NCBI GenBank assembly: GCA_002256025.1
Contig: NKIB01014690.1
Coordinates: 1 to 41,373, forward strand
Length of the DNA stretch: 41,373 nt
From: Asterionella formosa
Lineage: Eukaryota
Direction: 5' to 3'
Below, piece after piece: positions 24,178 to 34,589 of this stretch. Position 1 is the stretch's first letter. Each line of letters begins with the position of its first letter. The translations under genes and the position numbers were made by a program. The notes under the pieces were generated by a model. The model was not told the DNA's origin and searched no databases. It worked only from the letters and a program-made list of their open reading frames with translations.

Positions 24178-26271
24178 ATGTCGAAGACATTGCACCGCAA
24201 TCTGGAAGCCAAACTGGCAGCTCTCAATGGTCCAGAATGGGACTCTAGCGATGAGGAAGCACCATCAACTTCTGAACCGATTGTTAAGAAAAAGGCGTTG
24301 CCAATCAACAACAAGAAATCCAAACTACTCAATAGACAGGCCGCCCCCGAAGCTATCAAGGAAAGTGACGCATCTCGCGTCGTTTACCTTGGTCACATTC
24401 CAAGGGGTTTTGAGGAAGCCGAACTGTCTGCTTTTCTCGGTCAGTTTGGTAAAGTGACAAAGCTTCGATTGAGCCGAAGCAAAAAGACGGCAAACACTCG
24501 CGGTTACGCCTTTGTTGAATTCGTTTCGCAAGAAGTGGCTGCTATCGTCGCTGAAACTATGTCTGGTTATCTAATTGATTCGAAGCGTATGGTTTGTCAT
24601 GTACTACCAAAGGACAAGGTTCACGATGACATGTTTTCTGGACGACCCTTCAAGAAGGTAGACTGGGCAGCCCGGCACCGGGCCAAAGTGAATGCACCAA
24701 AAAGTAGCAGCAAGATGAAGGTGATTACGAAAAGGTTGTTGGGACGGGAACGCCAGAAGCGAATCAAGTTGGCAGAAATGGGGATCGACTATGTCTTTCC
24801 TGGCTATGCCAGATCAAACAACGAATTTCCCAGCCAGTCGGATCCACCAAGGGAAGAGGTAGCACCAAATACCGAAATAGAACCAAATCCAAACAAAAAG
24901 AAAAGAAAGGCAGACGAGGAAATTAAAGACAAGTCTCTCGTCAAGTCGGCAAAGCATTCCGCGAAGGAATCAACAGTAGCAGGAAAACCAGGAAAGGAAT
25001 CGAAGGAAACGCCTAATATCACGACGCGTGTCGCAGAAAAGAGCTCAACCAAATCCAGTGTTGTGAAGGCTGAAAAAAAATCATCGAAGGAGGCAAAGAC
25101 TCCAGCAAGCAAATCTTTAGTTGCTAAAACGAAAGAAAATACAAATGCCAAAACCCCTGCTTCCGATATCCCAACTTCCAACAAAATGACTCCAACCTCA
25201 ACACCAGCTCCTGAAGTGAAGACTTCGACTCCCAAATCCGCCAAGAGCCAAAAGACTCCAATGCCCTTGACGACAGCATCGGTACTAAAGACTCCCGCTG
25301 CCAAACCCTCCAAGAATAACAAGAGTCCAGTTACCTTGACGCCAGCGCCGGAAGTAAAGACTCCAATTGTCCTACCCACCATGGCAGAAAAGTCGAATGT
25401 CGCCAACTCAGGAGACAAATCCAAGAAGCAAAAAACTATGGCTGCGAAGGAATCAACCAAGTCTAATGTTGTGAAGGCTGAAAAAAAATCATTGAAGGAG
25501 GCAAAGACTCCAGCAAGCAAATCTTTAGTAGCTAAAACGAAAGAAAATACAAATGCCAAAACCCCTGCTTCCGATATCCCAACTTCCAACAAAATGACTC
25601 CAACCTCAACACCAGCTCCTGAAGTGAAGACTTCGACTCCCAAATCCACCAAGAGCCAAAAGACTCCAATGCCCTTGACAACAGCATCGGTACTAAAGAC
25701 TCCCGCTGCCAAACCCTCCAAGAAAAACAAGAGTCCAGTTAACTTGACGCCAGCGCCTGATGTAAAGACTCCAGTTGCCCAACCCACCATGGCAGAAAAG
25801 TCGACTGTCGCCAACTCAGGAGACAAATCCAAGAAGCAAAAACCTCCGACCAAGAAGGAATTGAAAATGAAGCCAGTTCCCGAGACGAAAATTTCGCCAA
25901 AGGGTATCGGGAAGGTTGAAAACGAGATTCCAAATGTTCTAATGACGAAGACTCCGGCATCAAGGGCCAAGACTCCATCAAAGACGAAACCGGCAACGGT
26001 CACCATTGTGGAAACTCCAGAAACTGCAGCTGTGGAAGACAATCCTGTAAAGAAAGTGACACCAGCAAAAACCAGAAGCCAAGCCAAGACACCAGCCAAG
26101 GCAACACCTGCCGCCAAGGCTCCGGCATCTTCCAAGAAAACTCCTCAGGCTCCAACAAATAGTTTCACACCACCTACTACTCGAAGCAAAAAAGCTGTTG
26201 CACCAAAAACAGAAGCCAAACCTAAGGCAAAGAACACTACCGGTAAAGCCACACGCCGTGGGTCTAACTAG
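24178..26271 (+). CDS. NOP15/NIFK-like RRM ribosome-biogenesis protein with long basic S/T-P-rich repetitive tail, 697 aa
   Basis: VVYLGHIPRGFEE, QFGKVTKLRLSRSKKT, RGYAFVEF, VAAIVAETMSGYL and KLAEMGIDY match Nop15/NIFK. The first ATG is at 24178. Confidence 0.88.
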   Translation: MSKTLHRNLEAKLAALNGPEWDSSDEEAPSTSEPIVKKKALPINNKKSKLLNRQAAPEAIKESDASRVVYLGHIPRGFEEAELSAFLGQFGKVTKLRLSRSKKTANTRGYAFVEFVSQEVAAIVAETMSGYLIDSKRMVCHVLPKDKVHDDMFSGRPFKKVDWAARHRAKVNAPKSSSKMKVITKRLLGRERQKRIKLAEMGIDYVFPGYARSNNEFPSQSDPPREEVAPNTEIEPNPNKKKRKADEEIKDKSLVKSAKHSAKESTVAGKPGKESKETPNITTRVAEKSSTKSSVVKAEKKSSKEAKTPASKSLVAKTKENTNAKTPASDIPTSNKMTPTSTPAPEVKTSTPKSAKSQKTPMPLTTASVLKTPAAKPSKNNKSPVTLTPAPEVKTPIVLPTMAEKSNVANSGDKSKKQKTMAAKESTKSNVVKAEKKSLKEAKTPASKSLVAKTKENTNAKTPASDIPTSNKMTPTSTPAPEVKTSTPKSTKSQKTPMPLTTASVLKTPAAKPSKKNKSPVNLTPAPDVKTPVAQPTMAEKSTVANSGDKSKKQKPPTKKELKMKPVPETKISPKGIGKVENEIPNVLMTKTPASRAKTPSKTKPATVTIVETPETAAVEDNPVKKVTPAKTRSQAKTPAKATPAAKAPASSKKTPQAPTNSFTPPTTRSKKAVAPKTEAKPKAKNTTGKATRRGSN
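25045..25842 (+). repeat. Near-identical in-frame tandem duplication: 390-bp copies at 25045..25434 and 25453..25842 (period 408 bp = 136 aa)
   Basis: Both copies run from STKS.VVKAEKK to SGDKSKKQK with few substitutions. Confidence 0.95.
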
Positions 26272-26379
26272 AGATTGTTATGTAATCAATTTCTAGGTTA
26301 ACACTTCATTTCACAGTGAGATTATGCTTAAAACACATAGAGTAGTAATGGACAAAAAATGCCATTTGGCACTACCAAT

Positions 26380-27428
26380 TTACATGAATCCAAGGGGACC
26401 CTGACATTGGCGCATATCATTGTCTGTCAACGATACATCAACTCGGTTCCGATCACGCAATGGGATAGTTTCACCGTCTCGTCGCCAGGACTCGTCGATC
26501 AAATCTAAAACCTTCTCGGCTTGTCCCTCGACAGACTTCAGTCCCATCACTGTCTTTGTATTTTGAATGTTCATCCAATGGATGGCTGAAATGGAAAAGT
26601 CAGAATGTGTATGTATTACTCTTTTTGCAAGTAATATGGTATACCAATCTGACCAAAGTTGCAATATATTCGTGTCATCATTGACATTCGTACATTCGTA
26701 CTACTCTAATCCACCTTTGCTTGAGGAGCGCTGTGCTTAATCGCATGCCATCCAGCATTCCGCCATGAGTACTTTGGTCTGTTCCATGGTATAACGTCAA
26801 GCAAACGACTAGTTGGTTGATAGTACTTTAAAAAGAAATTCTCTTGAACCACTGGCCATCGGGGATACGTATTCCCTGTCAGGTACAAAACAGGTACGGA
26901 TGAATTCAAGACATTTGCCAGTTGGCATTCATTTGGAAGTGTGTGTGTCCAAAATTAAACAAATAAATGGAATTATCTTTGTTCCACCGAACTTTCTCTG
27001 GACAATGGAGCACGGCTTGATCATTGATCGGTGCAAAGGCCATTAAAAATTCTTTGTACGTTCATGAAACGCAAACGATGCGCTGCCAGCAAGCCTGAAA
27101 TGATGTTACCAGTTCCTTTGCCAACTCGTATTGGTAAAAAGTACAGGAACTTGATAGGATAGATAGGAGGCGGTTGAACATGCGCCACCATATCTTGCAA
27201 TGATTCATGACGTTGTAGGTACGAGTCCAATAGTCGTTGCGTTCTCCAGATGAATCCGTACCAATAGAGAAGGCATGCGGCCGCGATGGTCGCAATCGAA
27301 GTGACCGTTACTGTTAGCTGCTTTCGCTTTCTAGGCATCCTTCTCTCGTCTCTGATGCTAGACTTCTTACTGTCACCATCTCGATTAAGATCCGTCGTCG
27401 TGTGGAAGTGGAGTGACGACAGTGACAT
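26380..27428 (-). pseudogene. Disrupted type II membrane glycosyltransferase (fucosyltransferase-like)
   Basis: N-terminal TM helix, GKGTGNIISGLLAAH and C-terminal DWYTILLAKRVIHTHSDFS resemble GT-B fucosyltransferase motifs. The gene is broken by a frameshift near 27080, an in-frame TGA at 27064-27062, a slip in a (CA)n run near 26945 and a stop at 26706. Confidence 0.6.
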
Positions 27429-27940
27429 GATGGTTTGGTTGGTTACATCATGGGACAAGATCGGGGCGGGATTTGTAAGAAATAATTGACATTCCGGTAC
27501 ATACATGTACACGGCGGGTACTGGTACTCTAGCTAGCGGTATGCATATATTAATTAATTAATAACTGCTCCGGATCCAGTTACCGGGATCATGCATATTG
27601 CAATCCATCATAAAATCATCTGCAGCCATAAAGTGTGGGTGGCGGCTGAACACAGCCAAATTCAATTCCATTCCATTCCCATGATGATGATAGGGTAAGG
27701 AGTATGACATGTGTGTGTTTGTTCCATGATGGCGTAAACTATAATCATTCCATCACAAGAAACTGATACAGCAGGCAGTGAGCAATAGCAGACCGGTATG
27801 TGTGTATCTATGTACTCCTTGAATCAGTTTAGAACTAACTGTTACCAAATCGCCTGCATAAAAGACGAAATAACGTATGGAATCGATTGGCACAACTGCC
27901 ACCCGTCATTGGACGACGACAGCCAGTTCCTCTCCGCTCC

Positions 27941-28699
27941 ATGGCGTCCACTTCCATTGCTGCTATGCAACAAAAGCTTATCCAAACCTCCCTGACACAC
28001 GTCTACACGCATGGATGGACACAAGATGCAATTGTTGCAGCGGCCAAAGACCTCCAAGTACCTCTCACGATGATTGGCCTAGTTACACCCTCACAATTGA
28101 TTCAAGCATTCATGCACGACTGTAACGAACGTTTCAAAGTACAATTGAGTAACAAGGAATGGAAGAACAATGATTCTTGCTCGGACAGAATTGCTCATGC
28201 CATCAAATGTCGATTAGAAATGATTGTTCCCTACAAGGCCAATTGGCATGACGGAATGGCTTTGGGTGCCATGCCACCAAACAATATTATTGTCACTCAA
28301 CAGCAATTGCGGGAAGTGGCTCAAATTATATCGGACCATGTGGGGGCAGGTGCACCTCCGGTGGCCATGATTGGGGCCCTTTACGTGGTAACGGAGTGCC
28401 ATTTACTGGCTGATACGAGTCCAGGACACGAGGAAACTTGGAACTTTTTACACCGTAGGGTCAGGGATTGCGTAGCGGTGCCAGACTCGTGGGTAGTAGC
28501 TACCACTATCACCACTTCGCTGATGGGAGCCCTGGCATCGTTGGCACAACCAGCGGTACAAAGTGCAGTGAGTTCAGTCGTTCCTACTATTCTACATTGG
28601 ATGACGCCACCTACGACCAAGACGAATCATGTCAAGGGAACGTCACCAGCAGATTATGAGGATTTACCGCCCTTCCCGTCAGCCATTAGTGGGAAATAA
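27941..28699 (+). CDS. COQ9: Ubiquinone biosynthesis protein COQ9-like (5' end uncertain)
   Basis: HVYTHGWTQDAI, AIKCRLEMIVPY, W..GMALGAMPPN and ALYVVTECHLLADTSPGHEETWNFL. The frame stays open upstream of the first ATG. Confidence 0.82.
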   Translation: MASTSIAAMQQKLIQTSLTHVYTHGWTQDAIVAAAKDLQVPLTMIGLVTPSQLIQAFMHDCNERFKVQLSNKEWKNNDSCSDRIAHAIKCRLEMIVPYKANWHDGMALGAMPPNNIIVTQQQLREVAQIISDHVGAGAPPVAMIGALYVVTECHLLADTSPGHEETWNFLHRRVRDCVAVPDSWVVATTITTSLMGALASLAQPAVQSAVSSVVPTILHWMTPPTTKTNHVKGTSPADYEDLPPFPSAISGK

Positions 28700-28784
28700 T
28701 TGCTAAAATGAATCTGCACATTTTGATTTTTACTTTGTATTCTATTCCAATCTTTCAAAAACCCTGCAGCAAGAATAGTTTCCA

Positions 28785-30008
28785 CTACGTAAACAATGCT
28801 GGGGTCTGTTCCGTCATGGTATCTTTCGTTTGGCTCACCTTGACTGCCCACTCCCCAAATTTTCTCGCAAGAGCGTCCATTTGATCATTTGTTAGTACAC
28901 GTGGCATGACCCAAGTGACTTGGACAGTTTGGTCTATTTCGTCCAGGGACCCTTGAATCAAATTCAAAGACAAAGCACGCATTACCATGCGCTCCACATG
29001 AGCTGTGTGAGTTCGTTTGGCAATTTCATCAAAGGTGAGACATCGTTCACTCGAAGGACGCTCAAATACCATGGTCACCAGAGCCAAGAGAGTAATTTTC
29101 TCCTGAACGGTTTCCTTGCGTCCCATCAAGGCAGGCTCAGCTTGAATCTGAGGAGCGTACAGGCCCGAGAGGCGTTCGAATTCGACCACATCGCCCTTGG
29201 CCATACTGTGGAGTAAGAACATCAACCAAGCCTTGTCTGTGTCTTGCAACATGGAGAGAATAGGAGTCGTTACGAGCTCGCCAAGATGAAATACCCCTTC
29301 TCCTGTCAAGGCAGCAAGTGATAGACCAACGGCAAGTTGAGCCGGATCGTCGACTTCTTCGAGGGGTGTGTAATTCAAATAGCTGATTGCTTGTTCGTAG
29401 AACGCTTCCGGTGGACCTACCGCCTTTCTATACTTCATACCGCATAGGTAGTGTGAGGAATGCACTATGGAGGACTCTTTGCTGCTTTCCAGCACCATTT
29501 CTTGAATGATTTTGTGATTGGCATCCAATCGGTCCTGAATGGCCAACAGCTCCTTCTCTGGTAAAGGCTGTTTCGAGTGCTCCATGGTCATGAGCTGCAT
29601 GATACCAAGCTGGCTCTCTAGAAAGAGAGTGGCTGGAACCCCAAGTCTCGCCTTTTTCTCCAACAATCCTTCCAACACAGCCTTGCTGGCAGTCGGATCC
29701 GAAGCGAACAAGGAGTGACTGACCAGACTTGCCATTTGAGCCAGACTTAAGCTATTGAGCTTCTTATCCACCTGGCATGTTTCCAATAGGTTGTACAACG
29801 CAAGGAACGAGCTGGTTCCGTTCGAGGTAGCTCGCACTTTTGTCTCATCGCCGAACAAGGCCAGGCAGGATATTGTCAGTTGATGCCAAAGCTTGTTGGT
29901 CAGGAAATTTGCGATGGACTCGTACGTATCACTCAAATCAGCATACTGCTGTCCCATGGCCTCGCAGTGCTCAATGGCTGGATTCGTGGCGTCAACATAG
30001 GACGACAT
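28785..30008 (-). CDS. PSMD13: 26S proteasome lid subunit RPN9/PSMD13, 407 aa
   Basis: KLWHQLT, LAALTGEGVFHLGEL, EKITLLAL, VMRALSLNLIQGSLDEID and VTWVMPRVL (PCI domain). First suitable ATG is at 30008. Confidence 0.95.
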   Translation of the reverse strand: MSSYVDATNPAIEHCEAMGQQYADLSDTYESIANFLTNKLWHQLTISCLALFGDETKVRATSNGTSSFLALYNLLETCQVDKKLNSLSLAQMASLVSHSLFASDPTASKAVLEGLLEKKARLGVPATLFLESQLGIMQLMTMEHSKQPLPEKELLAIQDRLDANHKIIQEMVLESSKESSIVHSSHYLCGMKYRKAVGPPEAFYEQAISYLNYTPLEEVDDPAQLAVGLSLAALTGEGVFHLGELVTTPILSMLQDTDKAWLMFLLHSMAKGDVVEFERLSGLYAPQIQAEPALMGRKETVQEKITLLALVTMVFERPSSERCLTFDEIAKRTHTAHVERMVMRALSLNLIQGSLDEIDQTVQVTWVMPRVLTNDQMDALARKFGEWAVKVSQTKDTMTEQTPALFT

Positions 30009-30136
30009 GATGGACAGCGGAGTGAAATGGATGATCAGAAGATAACCAAAGTGATCCGGTATGTCGATCAGCAAAATTGCAATTTTGATCGGCCTTGCTT
30101 CATCATACCAATAGCAGAACACGCCAAGTCATTACT

Positions 30137-30220
30137 TGTACCAGGTACCAGGTACCAGGTACTTGGAGTACCACCACATGTCACTACCGGTACCAGGTAC
30201 TGCAACGGGTACCTGTACAT
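30137..30220. repeat. (GGTACCA)n cluster between divergent RPN9 and rhomboid-like genes
   Basis: gtaccaggtaccaggtaccaggtac ... taccggtaccaggtac ... gggtacctgtac. Confidence 0.85.
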
Positions 30221-30697
30221 GGCTGATCATCCCATACGATAGCTGATGCTGGTCCTTGCGATGAATATGGAAGCATTTCGAAAAGATTGGGAGTGTTTTG
30301 CAAAACGTGGAGCTCGCGCTAGGCCATCTTATCGTCATCGTCAGCTACATATACACGGCGATGGACAACGGTATATGTCTAATAGTAAAAACCGTCTTTC
30401 ACCGGACCTGTTTTTAACAGAAAGTTAGTAAACTACCAGATACTACCCATGTCTGTACCTGTACATATAAGAATAGGAGTACAGCCCCCGGACGATCACC
30501 AAATTTGAATCATGACGTCCCACAAGCGGCATCCTTACCGGTACTACCGGTATGTACTAAGAATATGCATAGCTTTCGGCTCAAAACAACAGTGGGCAAA
30601 AACCAGGACTGACCATGACGTGTGTGTCATTGATGAACACAACAACACGAATGCACTGTTACCCTTTCCTGTACGAGTTCACTCGCACTCGAATATA

Positions 30698-32218
30698 ATG
30701 TCAAAATCTAAAGAATCTAAGAAGCTGCAAGCGAAAGAATCGCTGGAGCATTCTCCTCTCAAAATCCCCGCTATTGCTGAGGACAATGGCGACGCAAAGA
30801 GGCAGAGACAGCAAAGGAATATTTCTTCTGAAAAATCGAAGGAAACGATGAGTTCGATATCCGAGGGAATGGCCTTGAAGAAAGATAAAAAGAAGGAGCA
30901 AAAGGCCATCTTGAATATAAGTCACAGTAGTGCAATCAAACAGATTCGTTCCGATGAATCCGGGAATCATACCCTCGACATCGTCATCCTGTCGGATGCC
31001 ACAGCAATGCAACTTGAAAATAGCCGCAAAGTCAATCAAACGCAAATATTCTTGAGCAAGCTTTATAAAGACCCATTTTTGACATTACCACCGTCGACAC
31101 GCATTACGGCTGGTGAAAACTGGTACGAACCATATCCGACTACACTGGGATTGATCGTTCTGCTTCATGTTTTGTTTTTATATCAATGGAATCGAAAACT
31201 AACAAAAAGAACGCTGATGGCCTCGTATAGAATACTGGTACAAAGAAAACATTACCATATGGGAGTGCTGGCTGTGTTGTCTCATCCTCCAACTCATGAT
31301 ACAAACAGACAACTGCCTCCAACATCCGTAGATATCGGGCACGCTACCGACTCACAATACCATGATGTGAGTTATGCCCGACTTCTACAAAGCTCCCGAT
31401 TTTTTCAATCAATAACGTTCCCTATTCTTCAAGGTCATTTGTCTGGACTCCCGCTGCTATGTTACAATTCACACATCCTTTGGTCCTGTCGGTCACTGGA
31501 GGTGCAATCGCCACACTATTTCTTAGAACTACTCGGATTAGCCGTTGTTGCGCTACTGCTGGAACTGAAATTGACACACTTGATCCTTCAAATCACACGA
31601 AATTCTGAACCCATACAAAATTCTAGAATGCGACGACTCTTTTCTAATCGAAGTATGGGGAGTCTGACAGGACTATCTGCAGCAATTATGGTCCGATATC
31701 GTCTTCGTATTCCGTACGTGCCACTCCAGTTATTCCCCATTTTATCCACATCATGGATGGATGCAACAGTAAGTTATTGTTTCGCGTTTCTTCTTTTGAC
31801 GCTACTCTCGTGGAAGACACATCCAGCCACGTCTGTCTGGTTTGGTACAGTGTCGGGTGTCTTGTGGACCATAGGAATTACATCTTGGTTGGGTGAAGCA
31901 TATTGGGGATGTCTATTGATAATTTGGATACTCGTCGCGTCATTGTTGTCCCTACACGGATCGTCCCACACATGGACACCCTTTGTTGACTACGTTGCAT
32001 GGGATTATCGAGGAAGAATCCCTGGGGAGGCACAGCATGGTCTCGGTGATGATGATAGAGTTTCGAATGATGAGGACGATGAACATTCTATTGTGAACGA
32101 CCCAGAAAATCCAACGGAGATTCGAGGGCGAATACCTGTCATGATTCCAGAGGATGATGATTCTTGGACGACTGTAGATCAACAAGCGCCTCGTTGGCGA
32201 AGCAATCATGCAAGATGA
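30698..32218 (+). CDS. Rhomboid-superfamily multi-pass membrane protein, probably catalytically inactive (start uncertain)
   Basis: Several TM helices. LCYNSHILWSCRSLE resembles rhomboid H...N.......LE. GLSA sits at the GxSG position, and no His is seen in the likely TM6 (SVWFGTVSG). Confidence 0.6.
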   Translation: MSKSKESKKLQAKESLEHSPLKIPAIAEDNGDAKRQRQQRNISSEKSKETMSSISEGMALKKDKKKEQKAILNISHSSAIKQIRSDESGNHTLDIVILSDATAMQLENSRKVNQTQIFLSKLYKDPFLTLPPSTRITAGENWYEPYPTTLGLIVLLHVLFLYQWNRKLTKRTLMASYRILVQRKHYHMGVLAVLSHPPTHDTNRQLPPTSVDIGHATDSQYHDVSYARLLQSSRFFQSITFPILQGHLSGLPLLCYNSHILWSCRSLEVQSPHYFLELLGLAVVALLLELKLTHLILQITRNSEPIQNSRMRRLFSNRSMGSLTGLSAAIMVRYRLRIPYVPLQLFPILSTSWMDATVSYCFAFLLLTLLSWKTHPATSVWFGTVSGVLWTIGITSWLGEAYWGCLLIIWILVASLLSLHGSSHTWTPFVDYVAWDYRGRIPGEAQHGLGDDDRVSNDEDDEHSIVNDPENPTEIRGRIPVMIPEDDDSWTTVDQQAPRWRSNHAR

Positions 32219-32489
32219 CAAGGATCCGTAAATAAAGGGCCATATTATAGTACATTTTCAGCATGCAACAGCTATACTAGTGTAGGATTAGGGAAGGTCT
32301 AAAGTGCTCGGGTTTCCATTTGAGAAAGAGAAAAACAATTCACAGCAATCTGAAGTTGGTCAAGCTCCTGGGGCGTTCTAGTTTTTACTATGGTTGTATT
32401 GTCGAGTGATCCTTGTGCTTGTTCCAATGTATGGTTGTCATGCCTGCCTACAACATGCCGATGTCATCCAACCCCATTCTGATAGGTCA

Positions 32490-33746
32490 CTACTCCAATA
32501 GTGCCTTCTTAAGCTGTTCTTGTTTTTCTGGTCCAAAACCAATCCAAGTCAAATAATCTTCGATTGAGCCATATTCCCTACGAATCGATGCCAACGTATC
32601 CACCATGACCTGAGGAGGGGCCACCAAAAACTTTTTGGGGTCCAAAGATCGCTGTGACAAGGCGCCCACCATGGCTTTATGATCATTCATTTCCGCATAC
32701 ACATTAGCTGACAATGAATAATCTTCAACAATATCTTGGTCGTCCACTCCTAACAGACTCAGTATAAGACAGGTAATCATACCAGTCCGGTCCTTGCCTG
32801 CGGTGCAATGAAAGACGACCGGATGCCGTGACCTATCGGCACAAAGTTCTAAGACATATTTGATACCGGGTCCTCCATAGCGAAGCAATAATTCATTCAA
32901 CATGGGAAGTCCACCATCATTGATTCTATCCAGAAAAGGTTTCTTGACATTGGCCCTGACCCGTCGTGACACCAAGGCACCCGGTGATTTCATAATAGTG
33001 GTGGCAATATCTCGTTTGCGGACCTTTCCGAGTGTCCCGCGTACATATTTGAATTCATTCATGAGGGAAACAAAGTATCGCTCCTTACGATTGCGTACTC
33101 TGGAACGCTCATTGGCTGGGACAGTGTGCTCGTCGCAAGCATCGCAGTCTTCTACTCCGTCTTCGAAAACGGCACGAGGAGAAAACATGCGCTGTCCACG
33201 AGTTTGAATGATTGGTTCACCGTCGGGGATTTCTCTCAAGCAACCCTCCTTCGAATTCGAACGTTCCGTCCACATAATATTGGTAAAGTTTCCAAAGACT
33301 TGTTCTCGAAGCAATGTCTCGTCGTCCTTCAACTCAGTCGGCGACCTCAAATCAACAATAGTCTTCACTTGGATAGAATCCAGCAACATGTTAATATCAT
33401 TATCAGATGCATCACTCAATCTTCCCATGCGATATAGTCTGCCAGGCAAGATAGGACTGTTGCATGGACTGCTGAGATCCCTTGCATTCTTGATATTGTC
33501 AAGAGGCAAGTTGCGTTCCACGCAGAGAGCCCTGGTGTGTTCGAAGAAAAGTTCTTCTTCGGGAGTCTTTTTGTCTATTTCGATCTTGCTCAGGTCAAAG
33601 CTTGGGTCCAGCTTAGCTTTGAGTTCAGTTGTAGTGCACGGTGATCGAAGAGCATAAGCGGGCGGCGACGGCATTGTGAAGGCGCTGTTTGCTTCCATCA
33701 AGGAAAGGACCAGCAGAGCATAGACGCAGTTATATCTTGGCAGCAT
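32490..33746 (-). CDS. Protein-tyrosine/lipid phosphatase of the Y_phosphatase3 (PtpB/IphP-like) family with bipartite plastid presequence, 418 aa
   Basis: NARDL, IVDLRSPTE, P-loop FHCTAGKDRTG, IVEDYSLS and YGSIEDYL. The leader MLPRYNCVYALLVLSLMEANSA-FTMPSPP fits ASAFAP. Confidence 0.92.
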   Translation of the reverse strand: MLPRYNCVYALLVLSLMEANSAFTMPSPPAYALRSPCTTTELKAKLDPSFDLSKIEIDKKTPEEELFFEHTRALCVERNLPLDNIKNARDLSSPCNSPILPGRLYRMGRLSDASDNDINMLLDSIQVKTIVDLRSPTELKDDETLLREQVFGNFTNIMWTERSNSKEGCLREIPDGEPIIQTRGQRMFSPRAVFEDGVEDCDACDEHTVPANERSRVRNRKERYFVSLMNEFKYVRGTLGKVRKRDIATTIMKSPGALVSRRVRANVKKPFLDRINDGGLPMLNELLLRYGGPGIKYVLELCADRSRHPVVFHCTAGKDRTGMITCLILSLLGVDDQDIVEDYSLSANVYAEMNDHKAMVGALSQRSLDPKKFLVAPPQVMVDTLASIRREYGSIEDYLTWIGFGPEKQEQLKKALLE

Positions 33747-33953
33747 CTTTACGCGATAAGTGTTCTTTACGATAACTTGTAGTTGTAGATATCGAAAGGA
33801 TTGCAGGCAGGAACAGAGAATCAAAGCAAGTCGACGAGTTTCGAAACAATGTATGAAGATTCACATTGGTCCGTGCAATATGTGGTCTTTTTCTACTGTT
33901 GATGAGGAGACAACAGAATTTTCTCGAATCTGCATTATCATCGACGACGGATA

Positions 33954-34555
33954 TGGTACCAGGTAATGGCACCCGGTGTACCTGGTACCATGGTACCGGT
34001 GGTATGTTGCAGAATGACGTGAGTGCCGGAACGATACCTCCGGTGTACTAGGTACTAGGGCAACGTGAAGAAGAACTTTCGCGTAAGTAGTCCTTCGACC
34101 AAGTGAACCTGGTACCAGGTACCGCTACCTGGGCAAGTGGAGATAAATCAGGAATTTAGCTTTGTTTGCCTGATAGTGAAGACTATCTTTTACCGCAACT
34201 TCTCAGCCAAGTAACCAACCAGGTCCTGGTACTGGTACCTGGTACCTGTTACACTGACCAGTATCCCCGGTACATGTATTTTCTATTCTTGCTTGCTTCT
34301 TTCTGTACATCACATTTGGTAACAGGTGGAAATCACTCCGGGGACCTGGTAGTATCGTACCCTAATGCCTCCACGTACTACCTTGTACCTGAAGGTACCA
34401 GGTAGAGTAGGTTCCCAGGTCATCCACATTCACTTCAACCTCCTTAATGCATGCGGCCGACCGTTGAGTGCTGTGGTCTGTGGTTCATTAGTGCATCACT
34501 AGATATATCACAGTACCAAGTACCCTGGTACCTGGTACTTGGTACTTGGTACCAT
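33954..34555. repeat. Large GGTACC(A/T) motif cluster upstream of the phosphatase gene
   Basis: Examples: gtacctggtaccatggtaccggt (~33977), cctggtaccaggtacc (~34108), ctggtactggtacctggtacc (~34226), gtaccctggtacctggtacttggtacttggtacc (~34520). Confidence 0.88.
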
Positions 34556-34589
34556 GTAATACACAAGTATACCACGGAAGAATCAAGTG

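Noticed and set aside
24804..26135. 443-aa antisense ORF
   Set aside because: It shadows the repetitive NOP15/NIFK-like tail on the opposite strand and has no independent motif.
30009..30122. Upstream extensions to non-ATG starts in the ORF track (RPN9; also DHHC, phosphatase and NIFK-like)
   Set aside because: This is a eukaryotic locus, so the first suitable ATG was used.
33954..34555. GGTACC arrays as CRISPR or telomeric repeats
   Set aside because: There is no constant repeat-spacer structure and no cas gene. The units are palindromic, irregular and interstitial.
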